From Chiloscyllium plagiosum (lineage: Eukaryota), in NCBI RefSeq assembly GCF_004010195.1, contig NC_057718.1, positions 100,420,965-100,484,964 on the forward strand: a DNA stretch of 64,000 nucleotides, in the 5' to 3' direction. Positions 49,501-62,121 of this stretch are shown here, one piece after another. The position numbers were made by a program, and so were the translations under genes. Each line of letters opens with the position of its first letter. Position 1 is the first letter of the stretch. The notes beneath the pieces were generated by a model. It was given only the letters and a program-made list of their open reading frames with translations. It had not been told where the DNA came from and made no database searches.

Positions 49501-51788
49501 ATGTTGTTGTTTGAAATTCTCAAAGTTGATCAGATGCGAAAGGGGAAGCGATGGCCTAGTGGTAATATTGCTGGACTGTTAATCCGGAGATCCAGGCAAT
49601 GTTCTGTCGTTTCAGGTTCGAATCCCAACACGGCAGATTGATTTGAATTCAACATAAAAAAAACTCTGGAATTAAGAGTCTAATGATAACCACAAATCCA
49701 ATTGATGGGGAAAAAAAACATCTGGTTCATGAATGTCCTTTAAGGAAGGAAATCTCTATCCTCGCCTACATGTGACTCTAGACCCATAGCACTGACCCTT
49801 AACTGCCCTCTGGGCAATTAGGGATGGGAAATAAATGCTGACCCAGCCAATTATGCCCTCACATCATGAATGAAATTTTAAAAAAAATTGCTTGCTGGGT
49901 GTTCACTATCGACTTTGGAATTGTAAATAAGAGGGCAGTCAGGGACTCAGGTAGCACTATCCCTGAAGATGGTACCTCTATCAGTGCAGCACTCCCTCAG
50001 AACTGCAATGAAAAAGTCAGTCTAGATTTTTGTGTTTACATCTCTGGTGTGGGTCCTGAACTCTTAGACTTCAAGATGACAGTTATACCAACTGAGCTCC
50101 AAATATCTGTTTTAACTGAGAGACAAAATACGAGGGTAGGAAACTGGGCTTAATGCTGGACATGCATATGGACATCAGTGAATTGTGGGATGCTAGTTTA
50201 CGTTATTTTATTTTAGATTAGGAATAATCCTCGGCACTGATCTTAGTGACAACTGTCCCTCTTTATAGTGCACTGTTAATGTGCTGTGTACTCTCAGTTA
50301 AGAGCTTGGTCAACCTGTCTAACTTAGACTCGTTCAATTAACAAACATTATGTCACAATATACAGAAAAAGCAAATACTGCACAGAAAATCAACCAACAT
50401 TATTTAAAAAGAGATGTCATGTGCGATTGAAGCTTTCCAGTTTTGTCTTGTGCAACATTATATTGGACATCCAGTAGTAAATGCTTCATAATTCTTAATT
50501 AAAAAGCTGCCTCCATAGCTTAGCAAGCACTTGGAGATTTAGATTTATATTATATTTAGCTGAGTTAAAGAATTAATAGGATTTAAATGATAAACAGTTG
50601 CTTCCACTCAATACAGTGGCCAGCCAAGCGATGCAGATGGTGCTGTAAGAGATCCAATTGAATGCATGGCTGCATTTGATTAAGCTCATTCAAGAAGTGG
50701 CCTTTGCAGATCGAGCCCAGTCTACTGCTAGCTCGCTATCGTTTCAAGAATTCTGCTATTTTATCCATCTGAGCGAACTGAAGTAAAACAAATAAGCTCA
50801 CTGATGGCCAAATGCTCAAAGATAACGCCTGGGAACTGTTTGTGAATTGTCCCCAATTAGACCATCTTGTGGTAGCATTGTGCAACATGACTCCATATTG
50901 CTTATATTTAGGGAGACCTTTGTGCTTCCAAAGAGCGACCCTAGTTGTGACAACCTCTTCAAATAAGAAAAAAGCACCTGTCCTCAAGGGCAGTGGTACT
51001 TAAACTAAGATCTACCGATCCCTATAGTCTATGGAGAGTTTCCAGCGCATCTGTGGAAGGACATGAGAGTGATGATGTGACAAGCGTGATAGTAACTGGG
51101 AGTGGAGAATGAACATTGGGACTGTTGTGGGAATCAGGCACCACCACCCCCATCTCACTGACTTCTGTAAGTACTTGTTGTTGGGGTTTCAATTCAGCAA
51201 AATTGACCGCAATTAATCTGATAAATACGATGAATGCAGCCAGGCTGGGGTACACCAGGTAGAGCAGGAATACAGGATTGTGACTTTAGTAGGGACCTGT
51301 CCTGACCAGATAGGGTGGCTCACACATGTGGACGACTTTTTATATTTTCTCTTTTCTCCTTAGTCATCTTACGATCGCCATAAACAACCCTAGAGGGGTC
51401 AGCCCAAGCCAAAACAGGTTTGTCTCCACTGCCTATCACAACTGGACCCCATCCAAGCCCTGCCCTTTATGACCCTTTCTGAGGGATTTTTGAGGAATGT
51501 GGGATTTCTTGAATGACAAGACCTCAACCTCCTCCAGGTGTTCCCCGTCAATGCAAAGTGCCCAATAGTACATTGAGCTCTTCGTTCAAACCGATAAAGG
51601 CCCACCTTTACTGTATCCCTATAGCACAGGAGGAATTATTTCCTTGTCTCAGCCTATGCTGTCTCCCTAATAGGTTTCAAGATTCACCAGGGATCCATCC
51701 ACGTTCAGACAACCTCTTTTTGAAATGGTCTTTTAGGATCGGGAATGACTTGCTTCCACTCTCCATTCCAATGAGCTCTGTAATGGTT

Positions 51789-52055
51789 CATAGAATCATA
51801 GAAATACCTACAGTGTGGGAGCAGGCTATTGAGTCCACACTGAAGAACATTCCACCCAATTCCTATGACACTGCATTTCCCTTGACTATCCCACCTAGCC
51901 TGCACACTATGGAATAATTTAGTTGGCCAATCCACCCTAACCTGCACATCTTTGGACTATGGGAGGAAACCAGAGCACCCCGAGGAAACCCACGCAGACA
52001 CGGGGAGAATGTACAAACTCCACACAGAGAGTCACCTGAAGGTGGAATTGAACAG
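51789..52055 (-). mobile_element. HE1/V-SINE
   Basis: Reverse-complement V domain. Confidence 0.85.
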
Positions 52056-52165
52056 GGTTTACGTTGAAGAATCTGGTGTGCATTCTGCAGACTCGGCCAT
52101 ATGTAGAGGGGTGGGTGGTGCTTGAAGGGCTGGGAAGTGAACTGTTCAGAGGTTAAGATCAACTA

Positions 52166-52382
52166 GGAGAGAGTGTGGACTCCAGATGCTGGATACCAGA
52201 GTTGACAGTGTTGTGCTGAAAAAGCGCAGCAGGTCAGGCTGCATCCGAGGAGCAGAGAATCGACGTTTCCGGGATAAGCCCTTCATCTGGAAAATTGGTC
52301 TTGTGCCCAAAATGTCGATTCTTCTGCTTCTCGAATGCTGCCTGACCTGCTGCGCTTTTCCAGCACAAAACTGTCAACTCTG
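52166..52382. mobile_element. Fold-back family A element
   Basis: Inverted arms around cccttcatctgg. Confidence 0.75.
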
Positions 52383-52804
52383 GAGGTTAAAGCACACTCT
52401 CCCTATAAGTTCCTGAAAAACTCCCTCGATATGTTCAATGCCTTCCCAAATGTAGCTTCTCCATTTTGGTCAGTTAGAGGCTGGGGACTCCCACATTTGA
52501 CCCCTTCAGGGATGCTTTGAGGATGTTTCTGATATTCACTTTGAGAGGTGAAGCAAAGAAAATGAGAGAACAGCCAATGCTGGAAATCAGAAACAAAGCA
52601 GGAATTGATGGAGAAACTCAGTAGTTTTGGCAGCATCTGTGGAGGGAACTCAGAGTTCATGTTTCAGGTCCAGAGACCCTTCTTCAAAACCCCTGAAGTT
52701 CTGATACATGGCAAAGAATTTCTGCACAACATCATAATCCTTAGTTAGGAAGAGGATGGAGATCAAGTTTAATATAAATTTCATCTGCAAAGAGCTGCAA
52801 GAAT

Positions 52805-53300
52805 GAGCAGTTTTGGGATCCATATCTAAGGGAGGACTTGCTGTCACTGGGGAGGGTCCAGAGGAGCTTCAAAATAATGATCCCGGGGATGAATAGCTTG
52901 TCATATGAGGAATGGTTAAGGACTCTGGGTCTGTAGTCAGTAGAGTGTAGAAGGATGGGGGAGATCTAATTGAAACTTACAGAATACTGAGAGACCTGGA
53001 CAGAGTGGATGTGGGGAAGATGTTTCTGCTGGTTGGAGAGACTAGGAACGAGCCAAAGTAGCCTCAGAACGAAGTGGGTAAAACTGAGATGAGGAGGGAT
53101 TTCTTCAGCCAGAGGGTGGTGAATCTGTGGAACTCATTGCCACAGAGAGCTTTAGAGTGAATTTAAGAAAGAAATAGATAGGTTTGTGGAGGGAAGGCAG
53201 AAGAATGGGATTGAGAAATGTATCAGCCGTAATCAAATTGCAGAACAGACTTGATGGACTGAATGGCCTAATTCTGTTCCGAACATCTTATGGTCTTAAA
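52805..53300 (+). mobile_element. Decayed CR1 3' fragment
   Basis: gatttcttcagccagagggtggtgaatctgtggaactcattgcc (FFSQRVVNLWNSLP). Confidence 0.8.
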
Positions 53301-53315
53301 TGAAAGATAGTCTTA

Positions 53316-53612
53316 TGGTGGCTCAGTGGTTGGTACTGCTGCCTCACAGAGCCAGGGACCTGGGTTCAATTTAAGCTTCGGGTGACTATTTGTATATAGT
53401 TTGCACATTCTCCCTGTGTCTGCATGGGTTTCCATCCCACAGTCCAAAGATGTGCAAGTTTGGTTGGATTGGCCATGGGAAATTGCTCCATGATGTCTAG
53501 GGTTGTGCAGGCTAGGTGGGTTAGCCGTAGGGGTTGGGTGCGTCTGGATGGGTGCTGTCCGGGGGATTGGTGTAGCCTAATGGGCCGAATGGCTTGCTTC
53601 CACACTGTAGGG
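53316..53612 (+). mobile_element. HE1/V-SINE
   Basis: tRNA head and partial V domain. Confidence 0.8.
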
Positions 53613-54257
53613 GAGGCTATGATGGTGACCATGACAACTATTGTCCATTTAAGAAAGGAAACTGCCATCCTTGACTGGGTAACATGTGATTCCAGAACAA
53701 CAGCAATGTGGTTGAATCTTAATTACCCCTAAAATGGGCAATTAGGGACAGTCAACAATGCTGACCTTTCCAGTGGTACACATATCCCATAAAAGAGGAA
53801 AGGAAAGGAAGACTGCCAGGGATTTTAGGGATGCTGTGGTTGGAGAGCTGGATTGTAATGCAGAGTGATGTGAATGCCGCAGGTTCAATTCCCGTGCCAG
53901 CTGATGTTGACATGGACGTCTCGACTTCTCAACCTCATCCCTCACCTGCAGTGTGGTGACCCTCAGGTTAAATTCACCACCTGGTCACTTTTCTCGAGTG
54001 AAAGAGTGATACAGTGGCGACTTTAGCTTTTCTTTAAGAACGGAGACCAGTCCAGTGACAGGATTGACAAAGGAATCTCTAGCAGTCATTGCAAGTCTCC
54101 TCCTCAATCACTGCCTCCTGGTTACCCAGTTAGAACCCTCCAGAGTTGTAGAGCGGTTCCTAACCATCACAGTAACAGACACGAGCCTTTGATGTGACCC
54201 AGTCAATATCCCCATTGTTCTTCTTAGTCCGCTTCTAATTGGAACTACAGCTGATCC

Positions 54258-54480
54258 TGAAGTGTGGTGCTGGAAAAGCATAGCAGGTCAGGCAGCATCC
54301 GAGGAGCAGGAGAGTCAATGTTTCGAGCATAAGCTCTTCATCAGGCGTTTCTGATGAAGCGCTTTATGCCTGAAAGGTCGACTGTCCTGCTCCTTGGATG
54401 CTGCTTGACCGGCTGTGTATTTCCAGCACCACACTTTTTGACTCTAATCTCCAGCATCTGCATTCCTCACTTTCTCCATC
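54258..54480. mobile_element. Fold-back family A element with two back-to-back HHR motifs
   Basis: tttcgagcataagctcttcatcagg-cgttt-ctgatgaagcgctttatgcctgaaag. Confidence 0.8.
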
Positions 54481-55109
54481 CAGTCTGACTGTCCACACTC
54501 TCTTATCCATTGAATTTACTGTTGAGTGATTCACCTTCTTATTAAAAATAAACACCTCTATTGTATCAGACTGGTCACACTTTTTCAGACAAATACGTGT
54601 TTATTTTCTATACATGCCGCAAGAGGCTTTGTTTAAAAATAAAAGAAATTAATGCTAACACACCTTTACAAATGGTTGTTCATTTGGACATTTACCTCAA
54701 GTTATTTTTCTTATTATTCCAAAAGCATCATCTGACCCTACTCTGTCTCCTGGGGCAATTGCTATTTCCCAAAATACACATTCCACACACACAAGCTAAA
54801 CATCATCAATGCATTTCTACACGTTTCTAATCTCTAAAACTTGTTTTCTTGAAAGTCTTATTGAAGCACTCTTTACATGTAGGAATTTCATATCGTGGCT
54901 GGTATACAGTGTTATAATGCAGACAGTGGTGTGCACGACTGTGAATATATTTGAAAAGTGGTCTTTCAATCTAAAATGTTTGAAAATTATAGAGGTTCAA
55001 GGATATGAGCACTTTGCAGTTGTTTCTCAGCTGTACACACACATATACTTAAATACAAGATGGCAGCGGAAGAGGATGCTCTCGTCAGAGCTCATCCACT
55101 CTGCCTGTT

Positions 55110-55265
55110 CTTTCTCTACTTCTCTTCTCTTCTGCCCCTCCTCTTCTTCTCTTTTCTTTGCTCTTCTTCTTCTCTTCACTTTTCTTCTTCATTTTCCTCC
55201 TCTATCTCTTCTCTTTTCTTTATTTTTCTTCTCTTTTCCTTTTTCTTCTCCTTTTTCTTTCTTTG
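55110..55265. repeat. Polypyrimidine (CTT/CTTTT) tract
   Basis: Almost entirely C/T. Confidence 0.9.
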
Positions 55266-55848
55266 TACTGAACATTTATTTCTGTAATGCTGGACATTTT
55301 GTTTTCCTATTGTAGGCTAGGTACTTTTGTGTTTAAATTGGTGTTGGAGTTGGTCATTGATAAACCTTTCACTGTACTCATGGAAATTCCCATGCTATAT
55401 ATTACAGGCGTAGAATCTGAAGGCTAGTGATATTGATTTTCACCATGTTGCATGAAAAGGGGAGACAAATCTCATGAGGGCTATCTGATTCATACCACTC
55501 TTTGGTTTTGAAGCTATTTTATAAGTCTAATATTGGGATCGCAAGGCTGCAAAATGCCTAAGTAGAGAGTGAGATGTTGTTTTTTGAGCTTGTGTTGTGT
55601 TTTATTGGAACATTGCAGCAGGTCCAGTGTAGAAATGTTAGCACGAGACCAAGGGGGTTTATCAAAATGGCAAGGAAATAGCGAACTGGTCGTGTTTAAT
55701 TGCTACTTGGGTCTACTACAGTCTTTCTCATTCCTCGATGAGTGTAGGTATCTGCTTACATCACAAACCTAGCTTTTAACTGTCAAAATTACAAAGTTCA
55801 AATTACAATCTTTCCATTATTTTGGTGGTTTAAATCCAATATGATTAG

Positions 55849-56168
55849 AATGATTAGAATCCCTACAGTGTGGGAACAGGCCCTTCAGCCCAACAAGTCC
55901 GCACCGACCCTCCAAAGAGCAACCCGCCCAGATCCATTCTCCTACATTCACCCCTGACTAATGCACCTCACACTACGGGCAATTTAGCACAGCCAATTCA
56001 CCTGACCTGCACGTCTTTGGATTGCGGGAGGAAACCGGAGCACCCGGAGGAAACCCACGCAGACACGGGGAGAATGTGCAACTCCACACAGACAGTTGCC
56101 CGAGGGGGGAATCGAACCCAGGTCTCTATGAGGCAACAGTGCTAGCCACTGGGCCACCGTGCCACCCC
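55849..56168 (-). mobile_element. HE1/V-SINE
   Basis: Reverse-complement V domain and tRNA head. Confidence 0.9.
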
Positions 56169-56604
56169 GATTTGTTTTCTAAAAACAACATTCCGAATAT
56201 ACACACAGCTATCATGCCCTAACTTTATGTTAAGATAGAATCCATACACTTCAGAGCAGAACTTGCCAACACACTGTAAATAGCAAATGATGTATAAAAG
56301 AAATGCTGGTGTCAGAAACCAAGTGTTGTGTCAGCTACCTGTTAGTGGCATCCCCGGGGAATCCATGACCTTTATCGGCAGTATGGAAAGACTTGCAGTT
56401 TTACAGTATCTATCGTACCAATTCTGGATGTCTCCAAGTGCTTGATGGTTGTTGAAGTGTTTTTGGATTCACGCTGACTGATGTCGGCAACGCAGCAGAT
56501 AATGTCTGCTCAACAAACACCCACAAGCGACAAAGTAATGACGATAAGATCATCTGTTGGCAAAGAGGTAAGTCTTGATCAGAGTACACAGGCGATCACA
56601 CCCG

Positions 56605-57160
56605 GAGTACTGTGTACAGTTTTGGTCTCCTCACTTGAGAAAGGCTGTCCTGGCTCTGGATGGGGTGCAGAGGAAGTTCACTAGGTTGATTCTGCAGTTG
56701 AGTGGGTTGGGTTATGAGGAGAAATTGAGTAGACTGGGACTCATTGGAATTTAGAAGATTGGGGTGGGAGGGTGGGGGTCTTATAGAAGCATGCAAAATT
56801 ATGAAGGGAATGGCTAAGATAGAAGCAGGGAGGTTGTTTCCACTGGTGGGTGAAACTAGAACTATGGGGCATAGCCTCAAAATAATGGGGAGCAGATTTA
56901 GGGCTGAGCTGAGGAGGAACTTCTTCACCCAAAAGGTTGTGAATCTGTGGAAATCCCTGCCCAGGGAAACAGCGAAGGCAACCTTGTTGAATGTTTTTAA
57001 GGCAAAGATAGATTTTTGAACAGTAAAGGAATGAAGGGCTATGGTGAGAGGGCAGCTAATTGGAGCTGAGGCCATGAAAAGATCAGCCATGATCTTATTG
57101 AATGGTGGGGCAGGCTCGAAGGATCAGACAACCTACTCCTGCTCCTGTGTCTTATGTTCT
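56605..57160 (+). mobile_element. CR1 3' fragment
   Basis: EYCVQFWSP-like start; encodes RRNFFTQKVVNLWKSLP. Confidence 0.85.
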
Positions 57161-58356
57161 CAACATCTCATCTCCAAGTTGGTTCTTCAGACAGTACGGC
57201 ACTCTCTCAGTGCTGCACTAGAGGGTCAGCTGCACTCAAGTCTTTGGAATGGGATGATGAACCTATTGTAATTGGAAGAATCGGTCTTGAGACCAAAAGA
57301 CAAGGGAGCAGGAGTAGGCCATTCAGCTCATCGAGTCAGCTCACCATTCAATGAGATTGTGGCTGGTCTGATCATCGTCAACTCCCCTTCCCTGAATCCT
57401 TGATGCCCTTACTGATTAAAACTTCCTCTGTCTCAGCCTTGAATGTACTTTATGTGTCAGCCCTGTGTGGTGAAGAATTCCACAGATTGACTTCCCTCTG
57501 TGTACAGTAATGCTCCACTTCCACGATTCCCTGGGTCACAAGACAAAGCAAAACCATCTTTACAATTACTAAAATGGCCCAGTCAGTAACAGAGAAGTAT
57601 GCACACTTGTTTGTCTAAGTACCCCCGCCTGCAGGTACTGTTCAGAAAATAATCAGAATCCTCTGCAAAGTTTGGCCGCCTTGAGAAAAAAAAACACTTT
57701 GGCCAATGGATTGTTTTTGAAGGAGAGTAGGATGAAGCATAGAACATTCTAAAGTCTGTTGTTGTGTTGTTTTGACATGTGTCAGTCATCATTGACCATA
57801 CACAGTCATCACTGGAATCTTGGCAGACACAGCTTGCTCAGGAGATACAATTTTGAGAGGGTTGTCCAATTACTCTTGCAGAATAACAAGTACTTTTCAC
57901 TTTGAGCTCAACAAGGGTGGGTTATCTTAGAAATAGGGGAAATCAGCTGGGACGCCCTTCCTCACAGGCTTTTCGTTGCCCCACTAATTCCAAATTCCAA
58001 AGCAGTCTCCATTCCAACACTGTTCAAACACATGACCACGAATGAAAGGGAAAGGAACTGCCATCCTTACTTGGTCTAGACTGCACGTAACTCCACACCC
58101 ACGGCAATGTGGTTGATGCCCCTATCCCTTGGATGAAAAGAAAAAAAGAAAAATAAGCAAAGCAAGCAGTTATTGTCGGTCAGGTAATTTCTAATTTAAA
58201 GAAAAGAACTCCAGTGCCCACAATGACGAGTTTTAAAGAAATCACAAAACTTGAAATGAAACCATGTTTGCATAACCTTTCAATATCTAAACCTTCAACA
58301 AATATCAAACGTGAAGCGTCTTTGGAGGAACACAATCTTCTAATTCACAGATGAAA

Positions 58357-58703
58357 GGGGGTGGCACAGTGGCTTAGTGTTTAACACTGCTGCCTCACAG
58401 CACCAGGGACTCTGGTTCAATTCTAGCCTCAGGCAGCTGTCTGTGTGAGGTTTGCACATTCTCCCTGGGTCTGTGTGGGTTTCATCCGGGTGCTCCGGTT
58501 TCATCCCACAGTCCAAAGATGTGCAGGTTAGGGAGAATTGGCCAAAGCTAAATTGCTTCGTAGTGCTCAGGGGTGTGTAGGCTAGATGGGTTAGCTATGG
58601 GGAAATGCATGGTTACAGGGATTGGGTGAGTCTGAGTGGGATGCTCTTCAAAGGATCAGTGTGGACTCAATGGGTCTGCTTCCACACTGTAGGGATTCTA
58701 TGA
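58357..58703 (+). mobile_element. HE1/V-SINE
   Basis: tRNA head, V domain and gtagggattctat tail. Confidence 0.9.
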
Positions 58704-58958
58704 ATGGAAGTGTCACCCTGTGATAAAAGCACTGAAGATAATCCCTATGCCAACTAAAAGTGACCTTTTCCAGCCACATTTGCTGAGTAGATTGGCAATG
58801 TTAATGAAGCTGAGAGTAGTTTATTGAAGGCAATTAAGTGAGAAATGATGATGAACCCTCCTGACTGAGTCGATGGATTGTCTCTTGGTTTTGGAGATGA
58901 TGGCCAGTTCCCTAAATAGAGACAAAATAACTGCAGATGCTGGAATCCAAGGTAAACA

Positions 58959-59507
58959 TCTCTTCCTCAGGCAGCTGAGGAAATTTGGCATGACGGCGAA
59001 TACCCTTGCTAACTTTTATAAGTGTGCCATCGAGAGCATTCTGTCTGGATATATCACTACCTGGTATGGCAACTGTACCATTCAAGATCGAGGACAGTTA
59101 CAGAGAGTGGTGAACTCAGCCCAGACAATCACAAAGGCCAACCTCCCATCTACAGAATCCATCTACCAGACCCACTGTCAAGGAAAGGCCGCCAGCATTC
59201 TCAAAGATCCATCCCACCCTGGCAAAGTTTTTCTATAACCTCTACCATGGGGGAGAAAGTACAGAAGCCTGAACACACGCACCAGCCGGTTTCATAACAG
59301 TTTCTACCCTACTGTTGTTAGAATACTGAATGGACTTACAAAACTCGTTAACATTCGCCTGTACCTGTGTTTTTGTTTTTGCTGCTGTTTACCTATTATT
59401 TACTTCTCTATGCTACTTAATTCTGTAATCTGCCTGTATTGCTCACAAGACAAAGCTTTTCACTGTGTCTCGGTACACATAACAATAAATTCAATTCAAT
59501 TCAATTC
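58959..59507 (+). mobile_element. Rex1/Babar LINE 3' fragment nested in a PLE-terminus element
   Basis: Encodes FLRQLRKFG...NFYKCAIESILSGYITTWYGNC...LQRVV; aataaa plus (ttcaa)n tail; aaca flanking repeat. Confidence 0.85.
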
Positions 59508-61042
59508 AACAAGCAGGAGGCTGGGAGAACACAGCAAGCCATGGCAGCATCAGGAGGTGGAGAGGTCAACATTTTGGGTGTAACTGTTCATCAGGATAGA
59601 CCTGCCATCATCTTTTTTGGGGACAGTATTTATTACTGTGTAAGGAATTGTGTAAACAGCAAAGATAACAATTAAAATTCTGTGGTCATTGATAGATTGG
59701 GCTTGGAGTGCAGGGTGAACATGACCCCTGAGTGACCCACTGAGAGGTTTAGGCCATTCATTCTCTCAACTCTCTTTCACCATTTTAACAACACCATGGC
59801 TGCTGTTTGACCTTGATGTCTCTTTACTGGCAGGTCCCTCTTGATTCCTGCAGTGTTCAATTTTAACTCCGTCAAAACTTCAATCATTTAGAGATAAAAT
59901 TGGACCCCCCAGTGCAATCAGTCTCGGCCTTGGATATGCTCAAGGGCTGAGTGACCACTGCTCCCTGTGTTGGAGACTTTGAGGGATCCATAACCCTCTC
60001 AGTCAAGTAACTTGTTTTCATCTCAATCTGAAATGGCTGCCGCCTTTCCCTGAGATTATACCTGCAGTTCTATACTCTCCAGCAGGGGCATCGTCCTCTC
60101 AGCAGACTACTCTACTCTGGCAAGCTTTCTCAGAATTCCAATGTTTTGTCACAGCGATAAGAAGAATGCCCATGATTCCTGTACCTTCAAAGGTAGAACG
60201 TCTGAAAAAGTGTGTACCAGATATAGGGGGATGGAAGAGCAGCTCTCACTGGCATTACAGTGAAAGGCTTATGCCCGAAATGTTGACTGTACTGCTCCTT
60301 GGATGCTGACTGACCTGCTGTGCTTTTCCACTGCGACACACTTCGACAATGAAAGGTATAGCCCTACCAGACCACAGGGTTGCTCTCATACAAGAGTGGA
60401 CTTATTGGACCGTAGGGTCTATTTCTGTGCTGTGTGACTCGATGGTGGTTTAACCTGAGGGTCACCACACCTCAAAAGAGTCCTTGATAATAACTATCTC
60501 AGCCAGTGCAGGAATTGAACCAACACTGTTGGCATCAAACTGTATTATAAACCAGCTGTCCAGCCAACTGAGCTGACCGGTACGTGGGGCTGCCATGATA
60601 GATGCTGGAAACACTTAGAACGTAAGGGCTTTGTGACCCTGACTTTCTTAATAGTTATTGAGCGACAGTGTTAGCAGCAAGTTCAGATAATTCTGCGACA
60701 GGCAGTTGAAATAGCAATGGATAGAAAACTGTTCAATTATGCAAATAAAAAATAAAATGAAAAATTGGAAATGAAAACTGTTGTGCAATTGGAATCCTGG
60801 CAATGCAGTTAGTGAAATCTTTGTTGTGATAAATTAAACAGCAAATACAACGTTTTACCCAACAACTAAGATGTTTTATATTTTTATTAACACAAGAAAA
60901 ATCGTCAAGAAAGTAAAAGAGCGTGAATTTGATCACATGATCTTCATGATATCTTGGAGCTGCACGTCACTAAGCATAAATAACACCGTGTGTGGGTGGA
61001 ACTACACTAAGCTGCACCACCCCTGGCTAAATGCATTTTAGA

Positions 61043-62121
61043 ATGATGTGGAGGAGCCGGTGTTGGACTGGGGTGGACAAAGTTAAAAATCACACAACAC
61101 CAGATTATAGTCCAACAGGTTTATTCGAAAGCACTAGATTTCGGAGTGCTGTTCCTTCATCAGGTGGTTGTGGAGTATAAGATCGTAAGACACAGAATTT
61201 ATAGCGTGATGTAACTGAAATTATATGTTGAAAAAGACCTGGATTGTTTGATTCTAATCTAAAAAAGGGATTTACAGAATCATACATGGATTCATGCAGT
61301 TTTTGAAAGAAACAAAATGTAATTCTGCAAATACAAATTCACCACAAAAACTTATATGGGTGTGTGTGTGCGTGCACGCGTGCGCTGGGGTGGGGTGTGG
61401 GGGTGAGGCAGGGTGTGCGTGTATGTGTGTGAGTGTAAAGGGGTATGTGTCTGCAAGAGGGTGCGGCCGCAATTCATGAGCAAAGTACAATGTAACCCTG
61501 CAGGTAAAAAATCCCCCCACATGCAGGAGAGTGTGTGTTTGTGTGTGTGTGTAGTGCAGTGGGGTCACCTGTAGTGTGACATGTACCCAAGGTCCCGGTT
61601 GAGGCTATCCCATGGGTACCGAACTTGGCTGTCAGCCTCTGCTCAGCCACTTTTCGTTGTTGCTTATCCCACAATCCGCCTTGGAGGATGGTCACCCGAA
61701 GGTCCGAGGTCGAATGTCCTGGACCGCTGAAGTGTTCTCCGACTGGGAGGGAACACTCCTGTCTGTTAATTGTTGTGCGGTGTCCATTCATCTGTTGCCG
61801 TAGCCTCTGCTCGGTTTCACAATGTACCTCGCCTCAGGGCATCCTTGCCTGCAGCGTATGAGGTAGACAACGTTGGCCAAGTCACATGTGTACCTGCCAC
61901 ATACATGGTGAGTGGTGTCCCCATGTGTAATGTTGGTACCCATGTCGACACTCTGACATGTCTTGCATGTCTACCATGACAGGGTTGTACGGTGCTGTCC
62001 TGAAAGCTGGGCAGTTTGCTGCGAACAATGATCTGTTTAAGGTTTGGTGGTTGTTTAAAGGTGAGAAGTGGAGGCGTGGGGAAGGTCTTCACGAGGTGCT
62101 CATCCTTGTTGATAATGTGTT
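61043..62121 (-). mobile_element. Penelope-like element 3' part (family B) with GIY-YIG remnant and HHR motif
   Basis: Encodes FKQPPNLKQIIVRSKL and MNGHR...PVGEHFSGPGH...AEQRL; HHR-like cac-ctgatga-aggaac-agc-actcc-gaaatcta-gtg at 61132-61166; 13-bp TSD aatgcatt(t/c)taga at 61030-61042 and 62122-62134. Confidence 0.9.

Noticed and set aside
54809..55315. 168-aa hydrophobic, membrane-protein-like ORF
   Set aside because: It derives from the polypyrimidine tract.
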